Notes: generated by a model from the sequence alone, not told the origin. Shown: positions 1 to 13,164, numbered from the stretch's first letter. The stretch: 64,000 nucleotides of DNA from Octopus bimaculoides (GCF_001194135.2 NC_068995.1:4448405-4512404); one strand, 5' to 3'. Numbers and translations are program-made.

Positions 1-24
1 AAGAACCAACAAGGTGTGGCACGT

Positions 25-49
25 TTGTGTGTGTGCATGTGTGTGTGTG

Positions 50-109
<60 letters not shown>
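25..109. repeat. (GT)n microsatellite
   Basis: Near-pure GT run with GCAT interruptions. Confidence 0.97.
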
Positions 110-111
<2 letters not shown>

Positions 112-1304
112 GAAATATTATGAATTTCTTATAACCACAGAATTCAATATAATGAAATGAGAAAAAATATACAATGTTAAAAAATAGAGAAAGAAAGAAA
201 GAAAGAACACTTCACGGTGGTGCTGAGCATAGCCAGCAATGAAGGCCTTAGATTCTGACTAATGAGTGTTTACGCCCCGATAGGGTGGGACGGCTATGTT
301 TCTATCGGTCGTGGGAAGATCACGCCCCCTAATGATTGTAGAGATGTGAACGGTATTTTGGATGCACGATGAGTCTTAGTGGAGCTATCCAATTGGAGAG
401 AGTGGGATTCCAATAGCTGAAACCTGTTTAAACATTTCCAACTGCAACTGGGCGGCTACTAAAAGACTTATCGAATGTGATAATATTCAGTTGGACAAAC
501 CGAATCGAGTCCTTCAGATCGAATAGAGACAGAGTTTTGTTTATACAAGTGGATAGAAATAGCATAGGTTATCTACAATTTAAACCTCTCATTTATAAAG
601 ACTATAAATTTATGACCTGTGCACTCGACATCGATGGACTTCATTAGCAGGGATCCTCCTACTGGAAGCTAAACACTGCTTTGCCGTTGCGAGATGTTTG
701 TTGAAACCAGAGTAGATAATTAGGCAGGTGACGATGGCGAGACGGGGGGGAAGATAAACTAAAAATGGTGATTCATCTTGCTTGACAAGCGTGACTGGAA
801 CAGAATAAAAAGTGTTTACTAAGGAACAAACAGTAGAGAAAACTAGATTAAATGGAAACTTGGTTAGAAATTTAAAAGAGGCACGTAGAAATATTATCGT
901 AGCAGACAGGATAGCGACAACTTTGGACCTCGACTAATCCATCAATGTAAAGCGCGAAGGCTGGTTTGCTGGAGCTAACGCGCATAATTTAGGATACGAA
1001 GGAATGAATGTCGTTCGATAGGCCCAAATGGTAGGAGCGCAACGAAGCAATAATGCTATAATTCGATCTGTGAAAGACCATGATACCACGTGCTACTTGA
1101 TTTCGAGCAGATGTGAGCGTGTTTTCAAAGCACCTTTGCTCGAGTGGTTGAGACGAGTGGCAGGCTGGAGGGCAGATTAGATTTCAACGCCTAATTCAAG
1201 GCAGAGCCACGAATCTGACCATTGTTCTTATTAGCCAAGTCTTCATCAATTTATTCAAGGTTAAGATGAAAAAGAAAGTGAGGATGGATTGGTTGGGATG
1301 GACT

Positions 1305-1352
1305 GGTCAACTTTGCCTTTCAACCTTTCGGGATCGATAAATTAAGTACCAG
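1305..1352 (+). mobile_element. SINE family A, central-domain fragment
   Basis: GGTCAACTTTGCCTTTCAACCTTTCGGGATCGATAAATTAAGTACCAG matches the core of the full copies at 3241, 25627 and 54633. Confidence 0.8.
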
Positions 1353-3030
1353 ACAATTTAGGTGATTACATCCTAGTGCCTAGAGTAAAGAGCTTTGTGT
1401 CTAGAATAGAAAAGATCTTGTCGTCATCGTCATCGTCATCGTCGTCGTCGTTAGCGTTGCTGCTTTCAGTAGTATAACCATAGCAATAATAGCTTCTAAT
1501 TTAGGCCCCAGGACAACAGCTATGAGGGAAAAGAGCTTCGTTGATAATTTTTATATAAGTACCTGCTTCATTCTATACATTACCAATCTCGGAATGTTGA
1601 AAGGCAAGGTTCAGCATTGTGGGGTATTGAACCACGAATGCGAAGAACCGAAAGAAATAACGCAAGGCATTTTTCTGATACCTAATTCAAAGCACCACGA
1701 ATTAAATATAATCCAATAATGAAGGACTTGGCATTTCGTCTACAAAATGGCCGTGAGGAATACGAATGAGAAACACACCAATAGAACACAAAAACTAACC
1801 CACAAATGTTCACAATATATGTTTTTTTAGATTTATGTTGTTAGGAACAAAAGACTAATAAAGTGTGCAAATTGTCATTGGAAATGAGAAAAGGAAAACA
1901 TTTTAAAGAACTGAACAGCTTTTCACAAAAAGGTCCAATATTCTATCGACGTAGTTCGTATCCCACTCTCTCTCTTTCTATTACAAAATTGTTTTCCTTA
2001 TTTTTCATTTACTATTTGTCATTTATGAAAATAAACATCCATTTATATATATATATATATNNNNNNNNNNNNNNNNNNNNNNNNNNNNNNNNNNNNNNNN
2101 NNNNNNNNNNNNNNNNNNNNNNNNNNNNNNNNNNNNNNNNNNNNNNNNNNNNNNNNNNNNNNNNNNNNNNNNNNNNNNNNNNNNNNNNNNNNNNNNNNNN
2201 NNNNNNNNNNNNNNNNNNNNNNNNNNNNNNNNNNNNNNNNNNNNNNNNNNNNNNNNNNNNNNNNNNNNNNNNNNNNNNNNNNNNNNNNNNNNNNNNNNNN
2301 NNNNNNNNNNNNNNNNNNNNNNNNNNNNNNNNNNNNNNNNNNNNNNNNNNNNNNNNNNNNNNNNNNNNNNNNNNNNNNNNNNNNNNNNNNNNNNNNNNNN
2401 NNNNNNNNNNNNNNNNNNNNNNNNNNNNNNNNNNNNNNNNNNNNNNNNNNNNNNNNNNNNNNNNNNNNNNNNNNNNNNNNNNNNNNNNNNNNNNNNNNNN
2501 NNNNNNNNNNNNNNNNNNNNNNNNNNNNNNNNNNNNNNNNNNNNNNNNNNNNNNNNNNNNNNNNNNNNNNNNNNNNNNNNNNNNNNNNNNNNNNNNNNNN
2601 NNNNNNNNNNNNNNNNNNNNNNNNNNNNNNNNNNNNNNNNNNNNNNNNNNNNNNNNNNNNNNNNNNNNNNNNNNNNNNNNNNNNNNNNNNNNNNNNNNNN
2701 NNNNNNNNNNNNNNNNNNNNNNNNNNNNNNNNNNNNNNNNNNNNNNNNNNNNNNNNNNNNNNNNNNNNNNNNNNNNNNNNNNNNNNNNNNNNNNNNNNNN
2801 NNNNNNNNNNNNNNNNNNNNNNNNNNNNNNNNNNNNNNNNNNNNNNNNNNNNNNNNNNNNNNNNNNNNNNNNNNNNNNNNNNNNNNNNNNNNNNNNNNNN
2901 NNNNNNNNNNNNNNNNNNNNNNNNNNNNNNNNNNNNNNNNNNNNNNNNNNNNNNNNNNNNNNNNNNNNNNNNNNNNNNNNNNNNNNNNNNNNNNNNNNTA
3001 TATATATATATATGTACATATATAGGCGCG

Positions 3031-3061
<31 letters not shown>

Positions 3062-3240
3062 GTGTGTGTGTATGTATATAAATATATGTATACCTATATA
3101 TATACATGGATATATATATGTATACTTGCATATATATATTCATGTATGTGAATATATTTATATACATACATGTGTTTATATACATTCATACATACATACA
3201 CATGCATACATACATACATACATACCCACTCACTCACACA

Positions 3241-3448
3241 AAAACGTTAGCACGCCGGTCGAAATTCTCAGCGGTATTTCGTCTGCCGTTACGTTCTGAG
3301 TTCAATTTCCGCCGAGGCCGACTTAGCTTTTCATCCTTTCGGGGTCGATTAAATAAGTACCAGTTACGCGCTGGGGTCAATGTAATCGACTTTGTCTGTC
3401 CTTGTTTGTCCCTTCTATGTTTAGCCCCCTGTGGACAATAAATAAATA
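3241..3448 (+). mobile_element. SINE family A (tRNA-derived), lacking the first ~16 nt of the head
   Basis: AAACGTTAGCACGCCGG head, B-box-like GAGTTCAATTTCC, core GCTTTTCATCCTTTCGGGGTCGATTAAATAAGTACCAG, A-rich tail followed by (GATA)n. High identity to 25627-25862. From memory the core resembles the MetaSINE-type central domain (not verified). Confidence 0.9.
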
Positions 3449-3466
3449 TAGATGATGGATGGATGA

Positions 3467-3528
<62 letters not shown>
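3467..3528. repeat. (GATA)n microsatellite
   Basis: Pure tetranucleotide run just after the SINE tail. Confidence 0.97.
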
Positions 3529-3529
<1 letters not shown>

Positions 3530-4210
3530 TTCGAATGTACATATGACAGAATGACGTGTATGTAGGTGTGTGATATGCATCTGCTGATATGAATTATATA
3601 TGCACATATGCATGTATGTTCGTGCGTATTTATGTACATATGTACGTATATACGTATGTATTTTTTTCTTGGTGCATATGTGCATGCCTACGTTTCTGGG
3701 TACGAAAACGCGTTCTTGCGGGTACATGATTGATAGCCAACTGTACATGATAAATGAGGGTGGTTTAAATTTATGTAATGTCTTTATAAAGTAATCATCT
3801 AACTATATGTGTTCATTTGGTTTAACATTAAAAGCACTGCGTTACGAATTTATGTTACGTAATCATACCATTCTACCTGTCAGCAAATTAATCACAGAAA
3901 AGTTGTACCAGCACGCATCAATGCATATTTGGTAGTACGTTCCGTCTTTCCTTTCGATATTAGTGCCACCTTTTGTCTGATTTTGGTATCATTTTTGCAT
4001 ATCTTCCGGTTCTTCACTAAGAATATTTTCCCCGAGTTTTAAAAATTCTAAGAATTTTCTTAGCAAGGAGGAATTTGTTGAGCTACCATTCAGTAGAGAA
4101 TGGCATCTTAGATTCTCAGAGGAAATTAGTTTACAGTAAAAGGAATGAGCGTGTGTGTGTGTGTATATGTGTGTGCGTGTGTGCGTGTGTGTGTATGGGT
4201 GTGTCTATGG

Positions 4211-4260
<50 letters not shown>

Positions 4261-6128
4261 NNNNNNNNNNNNNNNNNNNNNNNNNNNNNNNNNNNNNNNN
4301 NNNNNNNNNNNNNNNNNNNNNNNNNNNNNNNNNNNNNNNNNNNNNNNNNNNNNNNNNNNNNNNNNNNNNNNNNNNNNNNNNNNNNNNNNNNNNNNNNNNN
4401 NNNNNNNNNNNNNNNNNNNNNNNNNNNNNNNNNNNNNNNNNNNNNNNNNNNNNNNNNNNNNNNNNNNNNNNNNNNNNNNNNNNNNNNNNNNNNNNNNNNN
4501 NNNNNNNNNNNNNNNNNNNNNNNNNNNNNNNNNNNNNNNNNNNNNNNNNNNNNNNNNNNNNNNNNNNNNNNNNNNNNNNNNNNNNNNNNNNNNNNNNNNN
4601 NNNNNNNNNNNNNNNNNNNNNNNNNNNNNNNNNNNNNNNNNNNNNNNNNNNNNNNNNNNNNNNNNNNNNNNNAAATGGAATGAAGTTTTGAATGGAAAAT
4701 TAAAAGTTAAAGAATAAAAGAATGAGAAAACTTATAACAAAATTAAATTTCAAACAATATCAAAGTAACTGCCGTAAACAATTGAAGCCAAATAGATTGA
4801 TTCTGCTACATTTAGTTCTATGAATTACATTGAAATTGTCTTTCTACCAGAATAAAGAGGAGAGTGGCGTCAGGTGTGGCGGGGAGTTCGTTGTCTGTGA
4901 GTAAAAGAATTAGGAGCGGTGGAGGGTGGCATTTGTTTGGTGACGGCAGATACAACTGTATTACACATTTCTTTTTTATATTAAGTCATCACACACGAAC
5001 GTTTCACGTCTACATCATTTCACAACATAATACTTTCTCTTGTTCTCACATTCGCTGTGCAGCCAGTGAGTATGACAAAAATAAATAATAAATGATACAA
5101 AATAATATAAAGTTATCATCTTCCACTCTCCATTACTCTCTCTCTCTCTGTCTTTCTCTGTTTCTCTCTGTCTCTCTGTCTCCGTCTCTCTTTCTCTTAG
5201 TCTTTCTCACTCACTCACTCTATTGCTCTCTTATAAAATTTGGCAATGAAGGTGATAAAATAGCAAAACAGCAAAACTAAAACATTAACATCCAATTGAA
5301 ATAAAACTAAATCATGTAACTAAAGAAAAAAAAACTAACATCCAATTGTATGTTTAATTCAAGAAATTCTTCTTCCTTTTCTCTTCTTCGGAATTTACAA
5401 TGAAGAACACCAAAAGTAAGGCGGTTTATGATTCACTTGTTATCAATGTTGAATCTCGTATTGACACCACATCGAAATTGTGAGAGAAGACGCACAACAG
5501 AAAGTAGTTTTTGTTTGTTTGTTTGTTAAATCTAGTTCTTTGCGACAAACTTTCCATTCTTATTTGAAAACAGTTTCGCTTCACCTACCCTCAGTGATTC
5601 ACTCACCAATATGCCGCAAACATTATCTCGCAAATGAAAAACTTAAGATATCGTCCATTGGTTATTTTTATTGAAAGTAGTCAAAATGAAAGACATGAAG
5701 AAAATGTATGAACGCTTGAAGCGAAACTATCCAAAAAGACGGACATGGCAGAAATAAATCTGGTCATTTCATAAAACAACAATATATTGCATTGAACAAT
5801 AAAAGAAGGGGAGGCTACGACTGGATCACCTTTGATCATAATTATACATTTTCAAAACTACGACTAGCCTCTACTTAAAAACACCAGTCATGAGATCTCA
5901 TTTTTTTTAAATTTATTTATTTTTTTTACTCATATAAGAAGGACAAACCACGACTGAAATGTTCTTAAGTCTGCAGCACCAAGAATGATTCGGGCTAAAC
6001 AACAACGAAAGGCACATTAGAAAATGTAGTCTTGGATAAACTCTGTCTAAAATAAGGACAAGTCGTGGCAGGAATGTACTTGTTGTTTTCAGGGCCAGAG
6101 ATGACAATGGCGACGGCGACGGCGACGA

Positions 6129-6180
6129 CCGCTCAGCATTTCGCCCGGAGTGCTAACCATTCGGCCAGCTCGCTGTCCTT
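6129..6180 (-). mobile_element. SINE family A head fragment
   Basis: Reverse complement reads GGACAGCGAGCTGGCCGAATGGTTAGCACTCCGGGCGAAATGCTGAGCGG, matching the heads at 12534 and 25862. Confidence 0.75.
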
Positions 6181-6240
6181 TATTTAAATAGATATTATGT
6201 ATATAATGTATATAATAATGTATTTTATATGTATATATTC

Positions 6241-6661
6241 TTTTATTCTTTTACTCTTTTACTTGTTTCAGTCATTTGACTGCGGCCATGCTGGAGCACC
6301 GCCTTTAGTCGAATCGAATCGACCCCAGGACTTATTCTTTGTAAGCCTAGTACTAATTCTATCGGTCTCTTTTTGCCGAACCGCTAAGCTACGGGGGACC
6401 TAAACACACCAGCATCGGTTGTCAAGCGATGTTGGGGGCACAAACACAGATACACAACATATACACACGCATACATATATATACATATACATATATACGA
6501 CGGGCCTCTTTCAGTTTCCGTCTACCAAATCCACTCACATGGCTTTGGTCGGCCCGAGGCTATAGTAGAAGACACTTAACCAAGGTGCCACGCAGTGGGA
6601 CTGGACCCGGAACCATGTGGTTGGTAAGCCAGCTACTTCCAAAACAGCCACTCCTGCGCCT
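6241..6661 (-). mobile_element. SINE family B, full length (tRNA head, CORE-like segment, internal CA/TA microsatellite, TTTTAC tail)
   Basis: Head GGCGCAGGAGTGGCTGT...GGTCCAGTCCC, body GGCACCTTGGTTAAGTGTCTTCTACTATAGCC, and a 3' half ending GACTGAAACAAGTAAAAGAGTAAAAG. Collinear with 26075-26440 and 39165-39592. Confidence 0.92.
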
Positions 6662-6693
6662 ATATATATANNNNNNNNNNGTGTGTGTGTGTT

Positions 6694-6748
6694 TGAAATA
6701 CCATATACCAGAAAATACCATATACCAGAAATACCATATACCAGAAAA
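6694..6748. repeat. Short tandem repeat, unit (A)GAAATACCATATACCA, about 3 copies
   Basis: Direct reading. Confidence 0.85.
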
Positions 6749-7100
6749 TTTCTTGGTAATATTGCGTAGGAACATAAATTAAAAGTTAAATATGTCCTTG
6801 AATATCGATGGAATTTTAATTAAGTTTGTAGGAAAATATTAGAAAATAATAATTAATAATTCTAAGTTTTTATTGTTTAATTCTCTGGTGGTTTGCTCTG
6901 TTCTATTTTATTCTTTCTACTGTTGTTGCCGTTGCTATTCCGATCGCATTTGTTGGTAGATGGCGTTGTTGTCGGTTTTGGTAATTTAGTATATTTTACC
7001 TTTGTGCGCATGCTTGGGAAATAATGAAAAATTGAAGGAAATATACGTACATATGTATAAATACATATCAATATATATATACATTTATATCTATATATGT

Positions 7101-7140
<40 letters not shown>

Positions 7141-8269
7141 TGTTTATAACGTCTAAGAAACTAATTTAGATTTTCTTGTATATATTCTTTCAATTAAAAT
7201 TACACATTCATATCGTGTGTCTAGCAATCAATATTTTTCTCCATATCTTCATTACGATTTATTTTTTATGTCATTTAATCTCCTCATTGTTAATACTCTA
7301 TAAGCAAAGTTTGTTTAAAATTAATAACTTCTTTGTCAATAGTGACCTCATGACCAGTTAGAACATATACATGACATTAGGAATATTAAAAATTGAATAA
7401 AAATATAGACATTCGTATTCTAAGACTAAACCAAAAGACAGTTACGAAGCTGAATATAATAAATTTAAATATAATATATATAGAATATAATATATAATAA
7501 ATTTAACCGACTTGTAACATTGAAACTTTATTCATAAATCACATACATTTGGTAAGATAGATTCCAAAATAATAAAGCAAAAATATCTAGCACGTAAACC
7601 TAAACATAGCGATAGATTAGAATCTTTACTTAAACGTGAAGTGCTGGAAAATTATAAGAAGTATTTCACATGTATTCCTAAATGCAAGTTAGTCAGTCCT
7701 GTGATTACGAAGTTCAGAATAGTCAATGAAATGTTCTTAAACGCCATTACTGAAAATATTAAAAACATAGCTTAATTCTAGCAGTAGAATTATGGTAGAA
7801 CCATCATTAACTGGTTTAGATTAGTGACAACGAACAGACACAAAGTTCATCTCATTTGATATTGTCAAACATGATGTCTCTATTCTGAAATATTTTCGTA
7901 TCAGTATCGTTGAAATTGACAAGATGTATAACACCATACATGACAATGGTATAATATCTATATATCCATATTGTGAAAATATTTTTATGAACATTTGGCT
8001 AGTATTAACAACACATCTTATTAATGCGTTCAACGGCTGCATGAAGTCGTACGACCGTGCTTTACAATATGATATCGTAGAAGAATTTAACATCCATATA
8101 CAAAGCTTTATATAGTGATAACCGTCTGGTCACATGACAACCCACCAACTATCATTTATTAGAAACGCTGAAGAAACATTTGTTAAACTACCTTTTATAA
8201 TTTGGGGCTGAAAAATGCTGTCCCCATTAACAAGAAAACTAATCGTTTTAGAACTATTTTTCAATGTGA

Positions 8270-8590
8270 AGACGGATGGCTTACTTGTAAGTGTGTTCGA
8301 CTCACGATCGTATGGTTGTGATTTCGATTCCTGGTGGCATGTTGTGTTCTTGAGCAAGATACTTTATTTCACGTTGCTCCAGTCCACTCATCTGGCAAAA
8401 ATGAGTAGTACCTATAATTCAAATGTCCAGTCTTGTCACACTCTGTGTCACAGTGAATTTCCCTGAAAACTGCTTTTAATGTACATGTGTCTCTGGACAT
8501 TTCAGCCACTTATACGTTAATTTCACGAGCAAGCTGTGCCGCTGATCAAATCAACTGGAACTCTCGTCATCGTAACCGACGGGCTGTCAC
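8270..8590 (+). mobile_element. Hybrid SINE: tRNA head, family D central domain, family C 3' tail
   Basis: GTTGTGTTCTTGAGCAAGATACTTTATTTCACGTTGCTCCAGTCCACTCA is shared with 38205-38512. The tail TTAATTTCACGAGCAAGCTG...GGAACTCTCGTCATCGTAACCGACGG is shared with 29663 and 62521. Confidence 0.8.
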
Positions 8591-10782
8591 TCTCCAATAC
8601 AAACAAAACCAAGCTATATTTAAATAGCAAATATCAAAAATATATTAATAAATATTCCTAGTACACGCCATTGTTCTCATAAACATACCAATAACTACAG
8701 AAGAATTTCTAATGTGCTGTCCATTAAAACATTTTTGTAAGAACGAAACCTTACAATAATAAAGCCCTTTTTTTTTCGTCAGCCCTCGTGCTCCAGTCTT
8801 AATATATAGCCGAAGGCACCCCATTTTTTGTATTTCAGGGAATACATTATCTATTATGTCCTTCCTTTATTTAAGGCAGTATAGTTTTGTAGCATTTTAA
8901 AGTTTGGCTAGAAATATGCAAATAAATAAACGTAGTTTTAGAAACAAGCAGGATGGTTAAAGGTGGGACAGATTTGATTGTAGGCCTAATCAATCAATTT
9001 GCAACATTGGATGATCGAACATTAAAGTAGAAATATTTATTTTCTTGTAACTTATATAAATCGGTAAAAACTTTCAATGTCTATAGAAGACGCATACTAG
9101 AAGTGATCCGAAGTATATATGCAAGTAAATCCTGTATACACCATCGAGATAAGTTTTGTACGTATTTTATAGATTACGAATTGATCATCAAACTTAACTT
9201 CATAGGAATTGAACTCCTAACGCAAAGCTTCATAATTAAATATTATATATTTATGGTATCTATCCGTGTTACCTGTAGACATATCAATCCTAAAAACAAG
9301 GACTGTATCAGTAGAACCGAATTTAGCACAAGAGGTTAAGCTTGAAATGGAAGCAGATGAAGGTTTTAAAGCGTTAAAAGGTTATCATAATAGATATATA
9401 ACCCTTCTGAATGGGGAAAGATAAAAACCTGATATATTGTGTCGAAGTTGAATCGTTCCTCCTCTTTACTATCTCTTCAATATTTCTCTTCCGTTATATT
9501 CTGTGAAGTAATCTTTAGTGTAGTTGCTTGGCTTACAGAAGAAAGAGTGAGAGCGTCAGAATAGAAGCTGTACTGGAAGATAATGTTCATACGAAAATAG
9601 ACTAAAGAACGTAATATTATATCTAAAATAAATGAAATAAAATATGTGAAGTTAGCGTTATCGAATGAGATAAAAAAAAAAGTATTGTAAGCCTTACGGT
9701 ATTAATATGTATCATAGATAAGTATTAAATGATAGAAGAAACGAGAGAAAATCTCCAAGGTTAAGAAGAATCGAAATAAAGTAGCAAATTTAGCACTAAA
9801 CATGAAACAAAATAAACACTGAAAATGGAAGGAAAATGTTTCTTCATTGTCAGAAGTTAATATCAGTTCCTTCTTTAATCTTTTGGGTTTCGGTTTATTT
9901 GGTCCTTTAATATATTTCCAGCTCTTGAAAAACAACCCTTGTCTTTTTGAAGCAATGGCCATCTTTTCTCCACCCTGTCTTCTCCATATTTTCATAACAA
10001 ATAAATAATCAAGTTATATTCTGTGAGTTCTAAATGCAGTCATAGAAAATAATTGAAGGAAATAAAAAGACTTTATTGCAAAAAATGTAACACAAATTAA
10101 TAAATATGAAGTTTTCGGTGACTAGAGATAATGCTATGAAAGAGAAATAGTGAAGATAATATGAAATAGTTTAATAATGGCTCATTAATTTGATATTTGG
10201 GCAGAATTCTTCAACGAGTATTTTTTTTATTGCTTAGATGTGTAGGAAGCATGCGTACATATAGACTTCTCAACGATTCCAAAACTCAGGATATTGCTCA
10301 TGAAATACTGCAAGTTAACAACAGTTGAATAATCATTTACAGGGAGTGACTGCCAGAAGAAAATGATCAGGGGAAGAAGGGTTGGGTAGCTGGGTGAATT
10401 ATCCACACTTAAAGTTTGCTTGTGAATGTTCCGGTTTACTGAAGCAATGCACGGAGGAGAGACAAAATTCTTCTTGAACAGGACGCTAGTTTCTCGGGAA
10501 ATAACATGTCGCCAGACAATTTATAAAATCAGTAAAAGATTGAAGATCGATTATAAATTTTATTTCACCTCGAGGTAGACTAACATGAATAACAGTTTTG
10601 CCTGTTCTTTCCCTCGAAGTTTTGCACATATCATTTCCTCTAGAAGATAACTAAACAATTATTTCCTGCATCAGAAGACGAAATCGAGGAATTGATAAGC
10701 TAATGACTTAGCAACTCTCACAAGAGAAATTCACACCCGAAGCAGGTATTTCTGTTCTATGACTCAACAGTTCACTTTAATC

Positions 10783-11372
10783 TTTTGGGTATTTTCTGGT
10801 GAGCCAAATTTTGGCCACAACAAAATGTCTAATAGAAGAAATGACAGATGATTTCGTGTAGATAATTGCTATGTCCTCAGACTATAGCACACCAAATTTC
10901 CAGCAGCAGCGATGATTTTTGGAAGTGGTGAGCAACGAAGGCCATGCCATGCCATGCCAATTTACATCTTTCCTCAGGGTCTCAGAATTAATGCTGCTGG
11001 CTACGTTGAGGAGCTGAAGAAAGTTGTTAAGCCTTGTACGGATGTAGTACGCAGTGGAATGCTATTTGTACTTCAATAAGACTCGGCTCTTTCTCACAAA
11101 ACCCACATAAACCAAGAAAGGATATAACGCAATCTTGATAATCATGTGACACGAAACTTATGCATTCCAAAATCGTCAGACTTAAATCCCTAGGACAATT
11201 ACGATAGAGACAAAGTTCAAAGGGAAATTAATCGAATTCTTCACAATACCATATCTTCACTAGAAGCTGCCACCGTCCAGATAATGTCCAAAATAAATAA
11301 GTTCAAGCATGCCAATGATTCTGGTCCTACACTGAAGTACTCGTCTTAGCTGAAGGCGGATTCGCAGAATAA
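10783..11372 (+). pseudogene. Decayed Tc1/mariner transposase, DD37D (maT-type) catalytic domain
   Basis: Manual translation across stops and frameshifts gives FWVFSGEPNF..NRRNDR (D1 mutated to G), HTKFPAAAMIFG-VSNEGHAMP, LQ*DSALSHK (D2 at 11080), KSSDLNP*D (D3 at 11194) and AEGGFAE*. Exactly 37 codons lie between D2 and D3. Confidence 0.88.
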
Positions 11373-11548
11373 TTTTTCAAAATCCAAAGCGGGAATACGC
11401 GCAATTTCTTCTTAAAATACATTTGGCTTTTGCTTGATAAAATTTGTTTTACTAAATTACCAAATATGTCTTCAAACATCATTCGCATATTGTGTGTATG
11501 TATGTGTCCTTGTGTATGTCTGTGCATGTATACATTTGTGAATATGTA

Positions 11549-11551
<3 letters not shown>

Positions 11552-11611
<60 letters not shown>
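11552..11611. repeat. (TA)n microsatellite
   Basis: Pure run, representative of many (TA)n tracts in the window. Confidence 0.97.
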
Positions 11612-11614
<3 letters not shown>

Positions 11615-11803
11615 CATGTCTATTTCATATTATACGCATATACACCTACATACATACACGCACATTCATACACAATCACACGCAAACATATACAAATTTA
11701 TATATAAATGTGATTTTGCGTTTTATGTGTATGCATATACATGATTGTGCATGTGTGTGTACGAGTGTGTTTGTGTGTGTTGTGTGTGTGTGTTCTATGT
11801 ATA

Positions 11804-11847
<44 letters not shown>

Positions 11848-12304
11848 GTAGATGCATGAGTGTACATGTATGTGAGTGGGAATAACCAGATACGTTTTGT
11901 GTTAGTTGGTATCTTATTTCAAAGACAATGACAGAAGTCCTAGAATCACTTGTTGGAATTCTGTGTAACATATGTAATATAATGACCAACCATAATGACA
12001 AATATGGCGACATTCTCTGCAAAACATGAAACCAAGAAGGAACTCATTTAGAAACATTCCGTATAAAATAGGCAATATCTGAAACTAGAACCTTGCATCT
12101 ACTATGTTCCGGATATCACCAAAGATCCAATACCAGTTCAAATAACAGCTAATTATATTGGTCATTCTATATCCTGCATTGTAAGCAGCGGAGGAGTAGC
12201 TTGCATGTAGAGAAAATGCCAATCTTTCTAGAAATTTCGAAACATGTTATAATGCTCTCAAGTAAAGGTCGGTGGTACAGTAATTTTCACACATTTTGTA
12301 AAAC

Positions 12305-12470
12305 GCATTTGGCTGTATTTATAGACATCGTCCTCCGTTCAAATTCCACTGAGGTCAACTTTGCTTTTCATAGTTCCAGGGTCGACAATATTAGTACCAG
12401 CTGAGCAGGTGTAATCAATGAACAATTTTCATTAAAGCTGCTGGCATTGTATCAAAATTAGAAAGAACTC
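12305..12470 (+). mobile_element. SINE family A, diverged copy
   Basis: GTTCAAATTCCACTGAGGTCAACTTTGCTTTTCATAGTTCCAGGGTCGACAATATTAGTACCAG. Confidence 0.75.
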
Positions 12471-12533
12471 TTCTTTTTCTTCATCACAATCATCATCATC
12501 ATCATCACCTTTTTATTATTTTTGAGGGTGGAT

Positions 12534-12730
12534 AAGGCGACGAGCTGGCAGAATCTTTAGCACGCCGGGCGAAATGCTTAGCGGTATTTCGTCTGTCTTA
12601 ACGCCGAAATCGACTTTGACTTTCATCCTTTCCGGGTCGATAAAATAAGTACCAGTTGAATACTGGGGTCGATGTAATCGACTCATTCCCACCTCCCCCA
12701 TGCTGCCCTTGTTGCAAAATTTGAAACCCT
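12534..12730 (+). mobile_element. SINE family A, near full length
   Basis: AAGGCGACGAGCTGGCAGAATCTTTAGCACGCCGGGCGAAATGCTTAGCGG head, then core and tail. A small deletion covers the B box. Confidence 0.88.
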
Positions 12731-12764
12731 TATTATTATTATTGTTGTTGTTGTTGTTGTTGTT

Positions 12765-13164
12765 GATGACAGTTCTTGATATCTGATCTTAGACTGGAAG
12801 TGTTATCACGTGCATGTTTTGTCTTGGCATAAAAGATTGGCTACAGATCTGTGCACAATACCACAGATTTGCTTGTCAGTTGTATGACCTTAACCAGCTG
12901 AGCATGTCCCTTGAGCAGAAGTGATGGGGGAGCATCATAGCCATGTGTTGAGAAGGATTCTTTGGAGTTTCGTTCAACATCGTTAAACAATCCTTATTCA
13001 AGGATTTTGAACAGCATGAGCTATTCTACCTGAAGAAAATTGTAACCTACCTCCACCTGCAAAGCTATCCGTTGTTTATCTTGATATGAGATCATTATGT
13101 CATTCACATGTGGTTGTGATGCATGTGTCTGGTGTATCCTTATCAGACGGGTAGTCATGATGGG

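Noticed and set aside
9236-9423. Open plus frame ending EVKLEMEADEGFKALKGYHNRYITLLNGER
   Set aside because: Protein-like by eye but without start, splice sites or a recognisable family. A tBLASTn hit would be needed.
9702-9995. 97-aa minus-strand ORF with a basic, protein-like N-terminal half
   Set aside because: No splice signals, no recognised domain, and the C-terminal half is Phe-rich as expected from antisense A-rich DNA.
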